A stretch of DNA of 64,000 nucleotides from Chitinophaga pinensis. Its GTDB lineage: Bacteria; Bacteroidota; Bacteroidia; NS11-12g; UBA955. This document shows positions 18,601 to 27,438 of this stretch, one piece after another (positions within the stretch are counted from its first letter, which is position 1; the number at the start of each line of letters is the position of its first letter). The notes under the pieces were generated by a model that saw only the letters and a list, made by a program, of their open reading frames with translations, was not told the origin of the DNA and did not search any database. The position numbers and the translations under genes are program-made. The stretch is taken from assembly GCA_945890895.1 (NCBI GenBank), contig CAMDDG010000008.1, positions 1,288-65,287 on the forward strand. The letters are read 5' to 3'.

Positions 18601-18752
18601 CAAATGCAATTGTATTCGGTGATTTACACAACCCCGAAAGTGAAATCAGCAAGTTGTTCAAAAATGAAAGAAGCTTCAGTGTATTGGATGAATTGAACGT
18701 ACAACCTTCAATTAAGTACATGACTAAGATTCGTAACACTCAAAACATTTAA
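15609..18752 (+). CDS. actB: Alternative Complex III subunit ActB (Tat-exported molybdopterin-oxidoreductase-like plus 4Fe-4S domain)
   Basis: Twin-arginine signal NRRDFLKYFGFS. FeS cluster motifs include CTGCGACVVACSIENN, CQHCAQAPCETVCP and CIGTKYCGNNCPYKVRRF. The ATG at 15609 is preferred. Confidence 0.9.
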   Translation: MSNNIKYWKGEEELNRDAQFLANQKHEFSEALPLEEVLSEDGFELNSNRRDFLKYFGFSVTAVALASCYKTNVRYAVPYLVKPEEVTPGVANYYRSTCGDCSVGCGVEVKVREGRPIKLDGSPDSFVSKGGLCATGQASILSLYDMERLANPLVKGAEQKDWTAIDSEIKGTLAALNTQGKKVVLLSNSIHSPSTLKSIEAFKSVYTNVEHVSYDAVSYNAILSANQADFGLRAIPNYRFENAKAIVSFGADFLGTWISPVQFQNAYSAHRRPTAEGGMSVHIQFESNLSMTGTNADHRFPMVASKELAYVSTMYNYIAKALGLTQIPVPTNSELAGNSIETAAKVLLNNKGKALVISGSNSIEVQKVVNAINVLLDSYTSTIDLTNYSKQYNGDDTAVNNAFAGLNNGSVAGVIFYGTNPVFNHNKEWSAAIAKAKLSVSFASSKDETAAVCQYVLPDNHFLESWSDAEPIKGLYHFTQPTISKVFNTRQAQESLLSWANALPGSENDPFKNKRILSQKQDVSPFYLFLKSNWEATLGEGFNKALEMGYYQADSNVLNTFTMPAYVGSVASLAPAISKAASSTGIDLVLYQSVGMRDGSSGNNPWLFEMPDPVSKVCWDNYVSLPKALANKLGVEKDDTVNIEVNGVKYENVPALIQPGQANNTVGLAVGFGHTHAGKVGGSIENGFAPVGINAYRFVNASRSNVISNVQITKGEDTYVLAQTQTHHSIEGRDIVRESNFTEWKKNPKAGNEKAATHIYTIWEKQDYLKDGSPNHRWGMAIDLNACTGCGACVVACSIENNVPVVGRDEIRLRREMHWIRIDRYYSFSNTQKEKFEGASYITREKQIAEVDDTDKGEFAHWENIQVVHQPMLCQHCAQAPCETVCPVLATSHSSEGLNQMTYNRCIGTKYCGNNCPYKVRRFNWFRYNDNDAFDFHFNNPLGKMVINPDVTVRTRGVMEKCSFCVQRIQESKLKAKREGKSMKEVEVKTACQRTCPSNAIVFGDLHNPESEISKLFKNERSFSVLDELNVQPSIKYMTKIRNTQNI

Positions 18753-18768
18753 CCCCAAAATTACAGGA

Positions 18769-20118
18769 ATGATACACGATTCAATAATCAGAGAACGTCT
18801 GGTAACCGGTGATAAAACGGCTGCCGACGTTACAAGAGACATCTCTCGTCCGATTTTAAACCGACCCTCCAATGCTTGGAAAATTGGTTTTACACTGTCT
18901 GTGATTTTCTTAGCAATTTTCGTAATCAGCTTAGGATACACTTTGATGACGGGTATAGGTGTTTGGAATATCAACAAATCCGTAATGTGGGGTTGGGATA
19001 TCACGAACTTCGTATTCTGGGTAGGTATTGGTCACGCAGGAACATTGATTTCTGCGGTACTATTACTTTTCCGTCAAAAATGGCGGATGTCAATTAACCG
19101 TTCTGCTGAAGCAATGACCATTTTCGCGGTTGTTTGTGCTGCCATGTTCCCCGTTTTTCACATGGGACGTGTATGGGTGGGTTACTGGGCACTACCATTG
19201 CCAAACGCATTTGGTTCTTTGTGGACTAACTTTAACTCTCCTTTGTTGTGGGACGTATTTGCGATTTCAACTTATTTCAGCGTATCATTGTTATTTTGGT
19301 ACATTGGTTTAATACCTGATATTGCTACTATTCGTGATAAAGTAAAAACCAAAGCAGCAAAATACTGGTATACATTCTTTGCTATGGGATGGACCGGTTC
19401 TACTCGCTCATGGGCTCGTTACGAATTGGTTTCATTGATTTTGGCAGGTTTAAGTACACCTCTGGTACTTTCTGTACATACCATCGTATCAACGGACTTT
19501 GCAACTTCTGTAATCCCAGGTTGGCATACAACCATTTTCCCTCCGTATTTCGTTGCGGGTGCGATTTTCTCTGGATTTGGGATGGTAGCTACACTATTGG
19601 TGGTAGCACGTAAGGTAATGAATTATGAAAACTACATTACTATCGGTCACTTGGACGCGATGACAAAAATCATCATGGTTACGGGTTCAATTGTAGGTAT
19701 TGCATACTTAACTGAATTCTTTATTGCTTGGTATTCAGGTGTTGAATACGAACAGTATGCCTTCATCAACCGTGCATTTGGACCTTATTGGTGGGCGTAT
19801 TGGAGTATGATGAGTTGTAACTTGATTGCACCTCAAGTATTTTGGTTCCGTTGGGCACGTACTACACCTTGGTTTGTATTTATCATGAGTATTTTCGTGA
19901 ATGTGGGTATGTGGTTTGAACGTTTCGTAATTATCGTAACATCTCTACACCGCGATTACTTACCGTCAAGTTGGGTAATGTATTCTGGTTCGTTGACTGA
20001 AATCGGACTGTTCTTGGGAACTTTTGGTATCTTCTTTACCTTGTTCTTCTTATTTGCTAAGTATTTGCCAGTTATTAACATGGCTGAAGTTAAATCAATT
20101 TTGCGTAATCGCGAATAA
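18769..20118 (+). CDS. actC: Alternative Complex III subunit ActC (NrfD/PsrC-family quinol-binding membrane subunit)
   Basis: Polytopic NrfD-like protein directly after ActB. Confidence 0.85.
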   Translation: MIHDSIIRERLVTGDKTAADVTRDISRPILNRPSNAWKIGFTLSVIFLAIFVISLGYTLMTGIGVWNINKSVMWGWDITNFVFWVGIGHAGTLISAVLLLFRQKWRMSINRSAEAMTIFAVVCAAMFPVFHMGRVWVGYWALPLPNAFGSLWTNFNSPLLWDVFAISTYFSVSLLFWYIGLIPDIATIRDKVKTKAAKYWYTFFAMGWTGSTRSWARYELVSLILAGLSTPLVLSVHTIVSTDFATSVIPGWHTTIFPPYFVAGAIFSGFGMVATLLVVARKVMNYENYITIGHLDAMTKIIMVTGSIVGIAYLTEFFIAWYSGVEYEQYAFINRAFGPYWWAYWSMMSCNLIAPQVFWFRWARTTPWFVFIMSIFVNVGMWFERFVIIVTSLHRDYLPSSWVMYSGSLTEIGLFLGTFGIFFTLFFLFAKYLPVINMAEVKSILRNRE

Positions 20119-20135
20119 TTAAAGAATCTATTCAA

Positions 20136-20702
20136 ATGGGAATATTAGATAAAAAATTAAGTCTCCGTAACCGCAATAAAATGATTGTTGGTGTATGGGA
20201 AGATGAAGATGCTTTGATGGATGCTACTTCGGAGATTTCTCACAAAGGAATTGCCATCCACGATATATATACTCCTTATCCAGTTCACGGTTTGGATCGT
20301 ATTATTGGAGTAAAAAGAAGTAAATTGGCTCGAGTTGCATTTTTCTGCGGTTTGACTGGTTTAATTTTAATGACCACCATGATTTACTACATGTACGTTA
20401 TTGATTGGCCAATTAATGTGGGAAATAAACCAGTACGTTTTACTCCTTCATGGATTCCAGTAATGTTTGAAGGAATGGTATTGTGTACAGCGTATGGAAT
20501 GGGATTCTTTTTCTTCTGGAGAAATAGAATGTTATTCGGAGTTAAAAACGATTTACTCGATGAACGTCAAACCGACGATCGAATGGTAATGGCAGTTGAA
20601 CTTTCTGATAGTATCAACGAGCAAGATTTAATTTCTACCATGAAGAACAAAGGTGCGGTTGAGGTTAGAGAATTTCATCATGGCGTTCAAACTGTAATTT
20701 AA
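20136..20702 (+). CDS. actD: Alternative Complex III subunit ActD (DUF3341)
   Basis: 188 aa with a soluble N-terminal domain followed by two TM helices; the operon position fits. Confidence 0.75.
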   Translation: MGILDKKLSLRNRNKMIVGVWEDEDALMDATSEISHKGIAIHDIYTPYPVHGLDRIIGVKRSKLARVAFFCGLTGLILMTTMIYYMYVIDWPINVGNKPVRFTPSWIPVMFEGMVLCTAYGMGFFFFWRNRMLFGVKNDLLDERQTDDRMVMAVELSDSINEQDLISTMKNKGAVEVREFHHGVQTVI

Positions 20703-20713
20703 TCCTTAAGACA

Positions 20714-21340
20714 ATGACAAATAAGTTTAATATAACTTTAGTTTCAGCGTTGACCGTAATTGCTTTAGGCAGTTGCGTAAGTCGCGGAAATGATCCAGGT
20801 TGGGAATATGCACCCGATATGTATTACTCAAAAGGTTATGAGCCATACAATCAAGCTGATTCCTTCAAAACCAATCCTTACGGAATGAGTATGCGTGAAC
20901 CAGTTGTAGGTTCAGTGGCGATAGGCAAAATTGATCATTTATATTCAATGCCTAATACGGGTGAAGGTTACGAAGCGTCTGCAACTTCAGTGGTTGCTCC
21001 TGCTGGAATCGATCAAATAGATACCCGTGGTAAATATATGTACGATGTGTACTGTACTCCCTGTCACGGTGCTGAAGGTAATAACGACGGTGAAGTGTTT
21101 AAAAAAGTTTCAACATTGAAACCAGCTTGGAAAGGATACACTGACGAGTATATTAAAACCCTTCCTGAAGGTAAAATTTATCATACTTTAACTTACGGTA
21201 AAAATAACATGGGTTCACATGCTTCGGTATTGAAACCTGTGGATCGTTGGAAAGTGGTTAAGTATGTGAAATTTTTAAGTTCAAAAGGTGGTAGTTCAGC
21301 TACTGCTGTTGTTTCACAAGATTCAACTTCCACCAAATAA
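20714..21340 (+). CDS. actE: Alternative Complex III subunit ActE (monohaem cytochrome c lipoprotein)
   Basis: Lipobox ALGSC, a single CTPCH haem motif, and a fitting operon position. Confidence 0.8.
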   Translation: MTNKFNITLVSALTVIALGSCVSRGNDPGWEYAPDMYYSKGYEPYNQADSFKTNPYGMSMREPVVGSVAIGKIDHLYSMPNTGEGYEASATSVVAPAGIDQIDTRGKYMYDVYCTPCHGAEGNNDGEVFKKVSTLKPAWKGYTDEYIKTLPEGKIYHTLTYGKNNMGSHASVLKPVDRWKVVKYVKFLSSKGGSSATAVVSQDSTSTK

Positions 21341-21358
21341 TTCCAAAAAATATTAATT

Positions 21359-22795
21359 ATGGGACACGGACATCATATAGAAATTAAGCAGGAAAATTTT
21401 GTAATTCCTGCGAAAGCAAAGACGTTTACGATAATTCTTATGCTTTTGGGATTGGTATTGACGGGTATCGGTATTGCTAATCAAAAAAGCCATTCTGGTT
21501 CTTCACACAACAGTCATGCCACTGCTGAAAATACAACCGAAAAACACGAAACACCTGCTCACGGTGAGGCGGCTGATCATTCAGAACATGCCGCAGCTTC
21601 AGAACACGGTGCAGCTTCACATGCTGAAGAACATCACAATGTGGAAACTGAAAACTTCGGACCTAGAATGGAGTACCATGAACAAGATAAACCTTGGACA
21701 ACCAAAATTTGGGCAAACCTTTTGGTTGCTGGTTATTTCTTTACTATGGTTTCCTTGTGTGCATTGTTTTGGTATGCTATCCAATATGCAGCTAATGCAG
21801 GTTGGTCAGTAACTATAAAAAGAGTTCCTGAAGCTATCTTTACTTTTATACCTGTAGCATTCGTTGTGTTATTTGTTGCAGTTCTTTTAGGTAAAAACGA
21901 TTTATACCATTGGGCACATTACGAACACCTTGGATTAAAACCTACTGATGCGGGTTACGATAGAATTTTGGACGGAAAATCTGGTTTTTTGAATACTAAA
22001 ATGTTATTTATTTTACCCGTTATTTTAATTGCAATTTGGGTATTCATTGGACACAAATTAAGAGGTTTGTCGCTTGCTGAAGATACTGCTTCGAAAGGTG
22101 ATGTAACTTTCTTCAAGAAAAGCATTCGCTTTAGTGCAGCGTTTTTAGTAATCTTTGGATTTACCATTTCAATCATTGCTTGGTTATTCATAATGAGTGT
22201 TGATGCACATTGGTATTCTACAATCTTTGGTGTTTACAATTTCGCTACATCTTGGGTATCTGCAATTGCAGTTATTACCTTAACGGTAATGTATTTGAAA
22301 AATCAAGGTTACCTAGGTTTGGTGAATCAAGAGCATATGCACGATTTGGGTAAATTTATGTTTGCCTTCACCGTGTTCTGGACATACATATGGTTATTCC
22401 AGTATTTGTTGATTTGGTATGCTCAAATTCCTGAAGAGATGATGTATTATCAAATCCGCTATGAGAATTATAAGCCTTATTTCTTGGCAAACTTCTTTAT
22501 CAACTTCGTTACACCATTTGTATTCTTGCTAATGAGAAGTGCTAAAAGAAATTCAAAAATCATGGTTATTATTCCTGCACTTTTGGTTGTTGGACACTAC
22601 TTTGATGTATGGTTTATGGTAATCCCAGGAGTGTTTGGACCTAACCAGCACATTGGTATTTTGGAAGTGGGAATCTTCCTTGTGTTCTCAGGTTTGTTTG
22701 CGTTTTGGATATTGAACAACTTAACTAAGCGTGGATTGGTTGCTGTCAATCACCCATACTTGGAAGAATCTGTTTACCACGATACCGGAGTTTAA
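21359..22795 (+). CDS. actF: Alternative Complex III subunit ActF (NrfD-like membrane subunit) with a His-rich N-terminal loop
   Basis: Polytopic membrane protein, last in the act operon. The His/Ala/Glu-rich stretch is SHSGSSHNSHATAENTTEKHETPAHGEAADHSEHAAASEHGAASHAEEHHN. Confidence 0.8.
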   Translation: MGHGHHIEIKQENFVIPAKAKTFTIILMLLGLVLTGIGIANQKSHSGSSHNSHATAENTTEKHETPAHGEAADHSEHAAASEHGAASHAEEHHNVETENFGPRMEYHEQDKPWTTKIWANLLVAGYFFTMVSLCALFWYAIQYAANAGWSVTIKRVPEAIFTFIPVAFVVLFVAVLLGKNDLYHWAHYEHLGLKPTDAGYDRILDGKSGFLNTKMLFILPVILIAIWVFIGHKLRGLSLAEDTASKGDVTFFKKSIRFSAAFLVIFGFTISIIAWLFIMSVDAHWYSTIFGVYNFATSWVSAIAVITLTVMYLKNQGYLGLVNQEHMHDLGKFMFAFTVFWTYIWLFQYLLIWYAQIPEEMMYYQIRYENYKPYFLANFFINFVTPFVFLLMRSAKRNSKIMVIIPALLVVGHYFDVWFMVIPGVFGPNQHIGILEVGIFLVFSGLFAFWILNNLTKRGLVAVNHPYLEESVYHDTGV

Positions 22796-22818
22796 TTCGA
22801 TTGATCTAATGTATAGTA

Positions 22819-22856
22819 AAAAGGTCATCACTCCGTGGTGACCTTTTCTTTTTTAT
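22819..22856 (+). terminator. Rho-independent terminator after actF
   Basis: AAAAGGTCATCAC-TCCG-GTGGTGACCTTTT hairpin (one G-U pair) followed by a T-run. Confidence 0.75.
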
Positions 22857-23024
22857 TGATCCCTGTGTTATTGCTTCAGTTCTCTTTAATATCTTTTAAA
22901 TTACTTTTGATCTTCTTTCGTAATTTTACCAAACATTTATAACAGGCATTTGTAATTGAAACTTCATTCAACTATTTTAAATCCAATCATCATAATACAT
23001 CTTTAATATTTAATTTTGCACTAA

Positions 23025-25637
23025 ATGGAAATTTCCTCAAAATACAATCCCACCGAAATAGAAAATAAATGGTACCAATACTGGCTAACCAATAAGTATT
23101 TTAGCAGTAAACCCGATCACAGAATTCCCTATACCGTTGTTATTCCCCCGCCCAATGTTACAGGTGTACTTCATATGGGGCATATGTTGAATAATACCAT
23201 TCAAGACGTGTTAGTTCGTCGCGCGAGAATGATGGGTATGAACGCTTGCTGGGTTCCAGGCACCGACCATGCTAGTATTGCTACCGAAGCCAAGGTGGTG
23301 AATTTATTGGCATCCCAAGGCATTAAAAAATCGGATTTATCTCGCGAAGATTTTTTGAAACATGCTTGGGAATGGAAGGAAAAGTACGGTGGAATTATAC
23401 TTGAACAATTAAAAAAATTAGGCGCCAGTTGCGATTGGGATAGAACTCGGTTTACCATGGAGCCTAAATTATCAGATGCGGTGATTGAGGTTTTTGTCGA
23501 CTTGTACCAAAAAGGATTAGTTTACCGGGGTACAAGAATGGTGAATTGGGATCCACAAGGTAAAACAACTTTAAGTGATGAAGAGGTTAAATTCAAAGAA
23601 GTAAAAGATTCACTTTATTATATTAAATATCAAGGTGTTGATTTTGATGGACATCTTGAAATTGCAACTGCTCGTCCGGAAACGATTGCCGGTGATGTGG
23701 CAGTTTGTGTTAATCCTAATGATGATCGCTATAAACATTTGTTGGGGAAAAAGGTACGGGTTCCCTTAATCAATAGGGAAGTGGAAATTATCGCAGATGA
23801 CTATATCGATATTGAATTTGGTACAGGTGTTTTGAAAGTGACTCCTGCCCACGATATTCATGATTACGAGATTGGTTTGAAATTTAATCTTCCCGTTATT
23901 GATACCCTTAATGACGATGGTACTATTTCTGAACAAGGGGTTTTATTCGTTGGACAAGATCGTTTTGTTGCTCGAAAAGCTTGGGTATCGGATTTGAAGG
24001 AGCATGATTTATTGATTAAAGTAGAAGACTACGTTCATAATGTTGGTTTCAGTGAAAGAACGGATGCGGTTGTGGAGCCCAAAATAAGCACCCAATGGTT
24101 TTTGGATATGAAGAAATTCATGGAGAAAAACCCCAAAGTTCTTTCAGCGGTAATGGACGATGAAATTAAATTCTATCCCGAAAAACTTAAAAATACCTAC
24201 AAGCATTGGATTGAAAATATACGCGATTGGAACATTTCACGTCAATTGTGGTGGGGACACCGAATTCCAGCATTTTACGATGAATCCGGCGATTTTGTAG
24301 TTGCACAAACGGCGGAAAAAGCAATAGTTGAGTTCGCTAAGAAAGGTAAATCGTTGAATTTAACACAAATTAAGCAAGATGATGATGTTTTAGACACGTG
24401 GTTTTCCAGTTGGTTGTGGCCGATTTCAGTATTCGATGGATTTGAATCTAAAGAAGAACTAAATTATTATTATCCGACCAATGATTTAGTAACGGCTCCT
24501 GAAATCATGTTTTTCTGGGTAGCCAGAATGATTATGGCTGGTTACGAGTACACCGGTGAAAAGCCATTCAAGAATGTTTATTATACGGGTATTGTTCGCG
24601 ATAAACAACGTCGTAAAATGAGTAAAAGTTTGGGAAATAGTCCCGATCCGTTGGATTTAATTGCTCAATACGGCGCAGATGCTGTGCGATTGGGGATGCT
24701 TTTATGTGCTCCTGCGGGAAACGATATATTATTTGATGAAAGTCAAATTGAGCAGGGTAGAAACTTCTGCAATAAAATTTGGAATGCATATCGATTATAT
24801 CATCAGTGGGAACCATTGAAGGATGTAGAAATTCGAACCTATGAGTTGGAAGCTATTGAGTGGTTCGAAAATCGTTTGAATCGTACATTGCTCGAAAATG
24901 AAGAGCATTTTGCCCAATTCAGATTATCGGATGCATTAATGAATTTGTATAAATTGATATGGGACGATTTCTGTGCTGTATACCTTGAGGCGGTTAAACC
25001 TCATTATGGAGAGTCTATTACAATGGAAGCTAAAGAAGCAACGAAGTTGTTTTTTGCCCAATTAATGAAAGCAATTCATCCTTATATGCCATTTATTTCC
25101 GAAGAAATTTACCATTCATTATTTGAAGGAAGTATAGAAAGTCCTTGTGTTGTAAGCGAGTATCCAATAGCTAACAAGGAAAAGGCATTTGCAATGGAAT
25201 TGCCTATGCAGTTGGTATCTGAAGTTCGAAATATTCGGGCTCAAAAACAAATTTCACCTAAAGAGAAATTATATGCTTGGATGGAAAATGCAGAATCGGA
25301 ATTGGTTGATTTTTCATCCATGATTTCGAAATTATCCAATGTAGAGTTTCAACCGAATCAACGAATTTCTAATTCTAATCAAACGATGTTTTTGATAAAT
25401 AAATCTGAAATTTGGTTGGAATTGAACCTGGAAATTGATGTAGAAGCTGAAAAAAATAAAATTCAAGAAGAAATAACCTATTTAGAAGGCTTTTGGAAAG
25501 CAACCAATTCCAAGTTGTCAAACGAAAAATTTGTAGCCAATGCCAAGCCGGAAATTGTAGAAAAAGAGCGTCAAAAATTAAACGATGCAGAAACGAAATT
25601 GCAAAATTTACGTGTTCAGTTGAGTAATTTATCTTAA
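23025..25637 (+). CDS. valS: Valine--tRNA ligase
   Basis: HIGH-type motif PPPNVTGVLHMGH, KMSKS motif RRKMSKSLGN, 870 aa with a C-terminal coiled coil. A TAATTTTG box at 23011-23018 lies only 6 nt before the ATG. Confidence 0.95.
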   Translation: MEISSKYNPTEIENKWYQYWLTNKYFSSKPDHRIPYTVVIPPPNVTGVLHMGHMLNNTIQDVLVRRARMMGMNACWVPGTDHASIATEAKVVNLLASQGIKKSDLSREDFLKHAWEWKEKYGGIILEQLKKLGASCDWDRTRFTMEPKLSDAVIEVFVDLYQKGLVYRGTRMVNWDPQGKTTLSDEEVKFKEVKDSLYYIKYQGVDFDGHLEIATARPETIAGDVAVCVNPNDDRYKHLLGKKVRVPLINREVEIIADDYIDIEFGTGVLKVTPAHDIHDYEIGLKFNLPVIDTLNDDGTISEQGVLFVGQDRFVARKAWVSDLKEHDLLIKVEDYVHNVGFSERTDAVVEPKISTQWFLDMKKFMEKNPKVLSAVMDDEIKFYPEKLKNTYKHWIENIRDWNISRQLWWGHRIPAFYDESGDFVVAQTAEKAIVEFAKKGKSLNLTQIKQDDDVLDTWFSSWLWPISVFDGFESKEELNYYYPTNDLVTAPEIMFFWVARMIMAGYEYTGEKPFKNVYYTGIVRDKQRRKMSKSLGNSPDPLDLIAQYGADAVRLGMLLCAPAGNDILFDESQIEQGRNFCNKIWNAYRLYHQWEPLKDVEIRTYELEAIEWFENRLNRTLLENEEHFAQFRLSDALMNLYKLIWDDFCAVYLEAVKPHYGESITMEAKEATKLFFAQLMKAIHPYMPFISEEIYHSLFEGSIESPCVVSEYPIANKEKAFAMELPMQLVSEVRNIRAQKQISPKEKLYAWMENAESELVDFSSMISKLSNVEFQPNQRISNSNQTMFLINKSEIWLELNLEIDVEAEKNKIQEEITYLEGFWKATNSKLSNEKFVANAKPEIVEKERQKLNDAETKLQNLRVQLSNLS

Positions 25638-25656
25638 CTGTTCGAACTGTATTAGA

Positions 25657-25696
25657 ACAGAAATGGCGGAAAATCTTTCCGCCATTTCTGTTTTTG
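25657..25696 (+). terminator. Rho-independent terminator after valS
   Basis: Perfect 13-bp stem ACAGAAATGGCGG / CCGCCATTTCTGT followed by TTTTTG. Confidence 0.8.
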
Positions 25697-25754
25697 TAGG
25701 AATTCAATTTAAATTTAATAGCAATTCATTTCTGCTTTATTTCTAATTCCAATT

Positions 25755-27149
25755 TTATTTTTTACGCGTTTTAAGTGATTTGATATGGTGTTCGCCGATT
25801 GCATTACCTAGAAATTTTCCATTTTCAATTCCTTCTCTAAAGTGAATCCCTCCATATAAGCGACTTAAGCATGCTTCATCACTTGCCGATCTGAAGTTTT
25901 TAAAATGCCGAGTACCCAATCCAAATTCCATTTCAGCGGAATCGGTAAATTCATATTCACCAAACATATGAGTCAATACCGTTGCAGCTGCACTGGAAAT
26001 TACACTGTGCGCGCTTGGATATTCTGGAAATGCAGGAGTTTCAATTAGCGGTAACCAAGAACTATCCATATGCATACGTATCGCATTTACAGGACGAACA
26101 TATTCATAATGGTATTTTGCATCCCAAGCGGCAATGAAACCATCAAAAATAGCAGCTGACAGTCGAACCATGCCTTCTACTGATTCAAAAAGTGAGTATT
26201 TCTTATTTCTAGCAACCGTAGAAAACATGGATAGCCAATGTCCAACTGGAGAAACTTTTAATACTTTGATTGTAGCATGTCCGTAATGGAACGTACTGTT
26301 TGGATTGTCATCCCAATAACGAGCAATTCTAATTTTGTTAGAATCTAGGTTTTTGCTTTCATTATACACTTCAATCATGAGTTTATCGAATTCAGGATTC
26401 AGAGATTTGTATTTTATGAATTCATTACCCTCCGAATCCACAGATTTAGAAATGGGTTGAATTTTATAATCAGCAGGTTTCGGAAGCGTGTTTCTAAAAT
26501 AGTTGGCCGAAGGAATGAGTGTTGGGCGGATTTTTTTCCAATTGGGTTCTAAGGCCTGCATATACTCGGTGGGGGTAGGTTGCCAATAATGTGCGTCATT
26601 CTTTGCCAAGTATAGATCCACACCTCGAGTTTCATTGAAACTGTCTTTTTTTGCCCATTTTACTATTAATGACGATACACTATCTCCCCAAGAAAGGCTA
26701 TTCTGGTATACTTGATTTGATAGTTCCGATTTGTAATACTCCAATTTTCGATTTCTAAAGGCAACCACACTGTCTTCTTTCCATACCAGAGCTTTTGCTG
26801 TGCTGGTGTATGCGGCTAAGGCTACAAGATCCAAACAATATCCTTTTGATGTATCGGGGGAAGCATTAAATTCCAGGTCCTTCAATTGCCCACTCAGCGA
26901 GAGTAAATCACCGGAAAAAGGTTGAATTGCTTGATACGCAGCAACACTGGCGTAGAAATACCGGCGACTTCCTACGGGAGGGTTGGTTGCATCCAGAACA
27001 ATTGCATTTTGGATGGCTAAATTGCATTCACTTAAAACATCGTGATTTAAAATGACTTTAGATTTGCTTTCGCTGCAAGAGGAAAATGTGAATACTGCAA
27101 TAATTGCGATAACCCAATATAGTGGGGATTTAAATTTCGTAATTTTCAT
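25755..27149 (-). CDS. Vanadium-dependent haloperoxidase / PAP2-superfamily lipoprotein
   Basis: C-terminal PAFPEYPSAHSVISSAAATVLTHMFG and SRLYGGIHFREGIENG match the PAP2/vanadium haloperoxidase active-site motifs. The ATG at 27149 gives the lipoprotein signal MKITKFKSPLYWVIAIIAVFTFSSC. A minus-strand TAATTTTG box lies at 27196-27203. Confidence 0.75.
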   Translation of the reverse strand: MKITKFKSPLYWVIAIIAVFTFSSCSESKSKVILNHDVLSECNLAIQNAIVLDATNPPVGSRRYFYASVAAYQAIQPFSGDLLSLSGQLKDLEFNASPDTSKGYCLDLVALAAYTSTAKALVWKEDSVVAFRNRKLEYYKSELSNQVYQNSLSWGDSVSSLIVKWAKKDSFNETRGVDLYLAKNDAHYWQPTPTEYMQALEPNWKKIRPTLIPSANYFRNTLPKPADYKIQPISKSVDSEGNEFIKYKSLNPEFDKLMIEVYNESKNLDSNKIRIARYWDDNPNSTFHYGHATIKVLKVSPVGHWLSMFSTVARNKKYSLFESVEGMVRLSAAIFDGFIAAWDAKYHYEYVRPVNAIRMHMDSSWLPLIETPAFPEYPSAHSVISSAAATVLTHMFGEYEFTDSAEMEFGLGTRHFKNFRSASDEACLSRLYGGIHFREGIENGKFLGNAIGEHHIKSLKTRKK

Positions 27150-27203
27150 ACTTTCGGGGGATGATTTCACGAAGTTAAGGAAAAACGGATTGCAACAAAA
27201 TTA

Positions 27204-27228
27204 AAAAGGCCACACTTGGTGGCCTTTT
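27204..27228 (-). terminator. Hairpin terminator downstream of the 50-codon gene
   Basis: Perfect 10-bp stem AAAAGGCCAC / GTGGCCTTTT with a 5-nt loop. Confidence 0.6.
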
Positions 27229-27251
27229 GCAAACGAAGCGTTTATAAAATT

Positions 27252-27404
27252 TTAGTTTTTATCATCTTCGATGATAACACCAGATACTTCTTTATATGGA
27301 GAAGCAACGGTAACAAAGCTCTTAAGACGTTTGATATCTTTTACGCGCTGTGTTGCTTTTTGGCGATTTCTAGCTTCTTTTCTTTTAAGTCTTGTAACTC
27401 CCAT
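27252..27404 (-). CDS. Small, highly basic hypothetical protein (50 aa)
   Basis: MGVTRLKRKEARNRQKATQRVKDIKRLKSFVTVASPYKEVSGVIIEDDKN; I count 14 K/R. It has its own minus-strand TATATTTG box (27421-27428) and its own hairpin terminator. Confidence 0.5.
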   Translation of the reverse strand: MGVTRLKRKEARNRQKATQRVKDIKRLKSFVTVASPYKEVSGVIIEDDKN

Positions 27405-27438
27405 AACAAATAAATTTCTGCAAATATAAGGCAATTAA

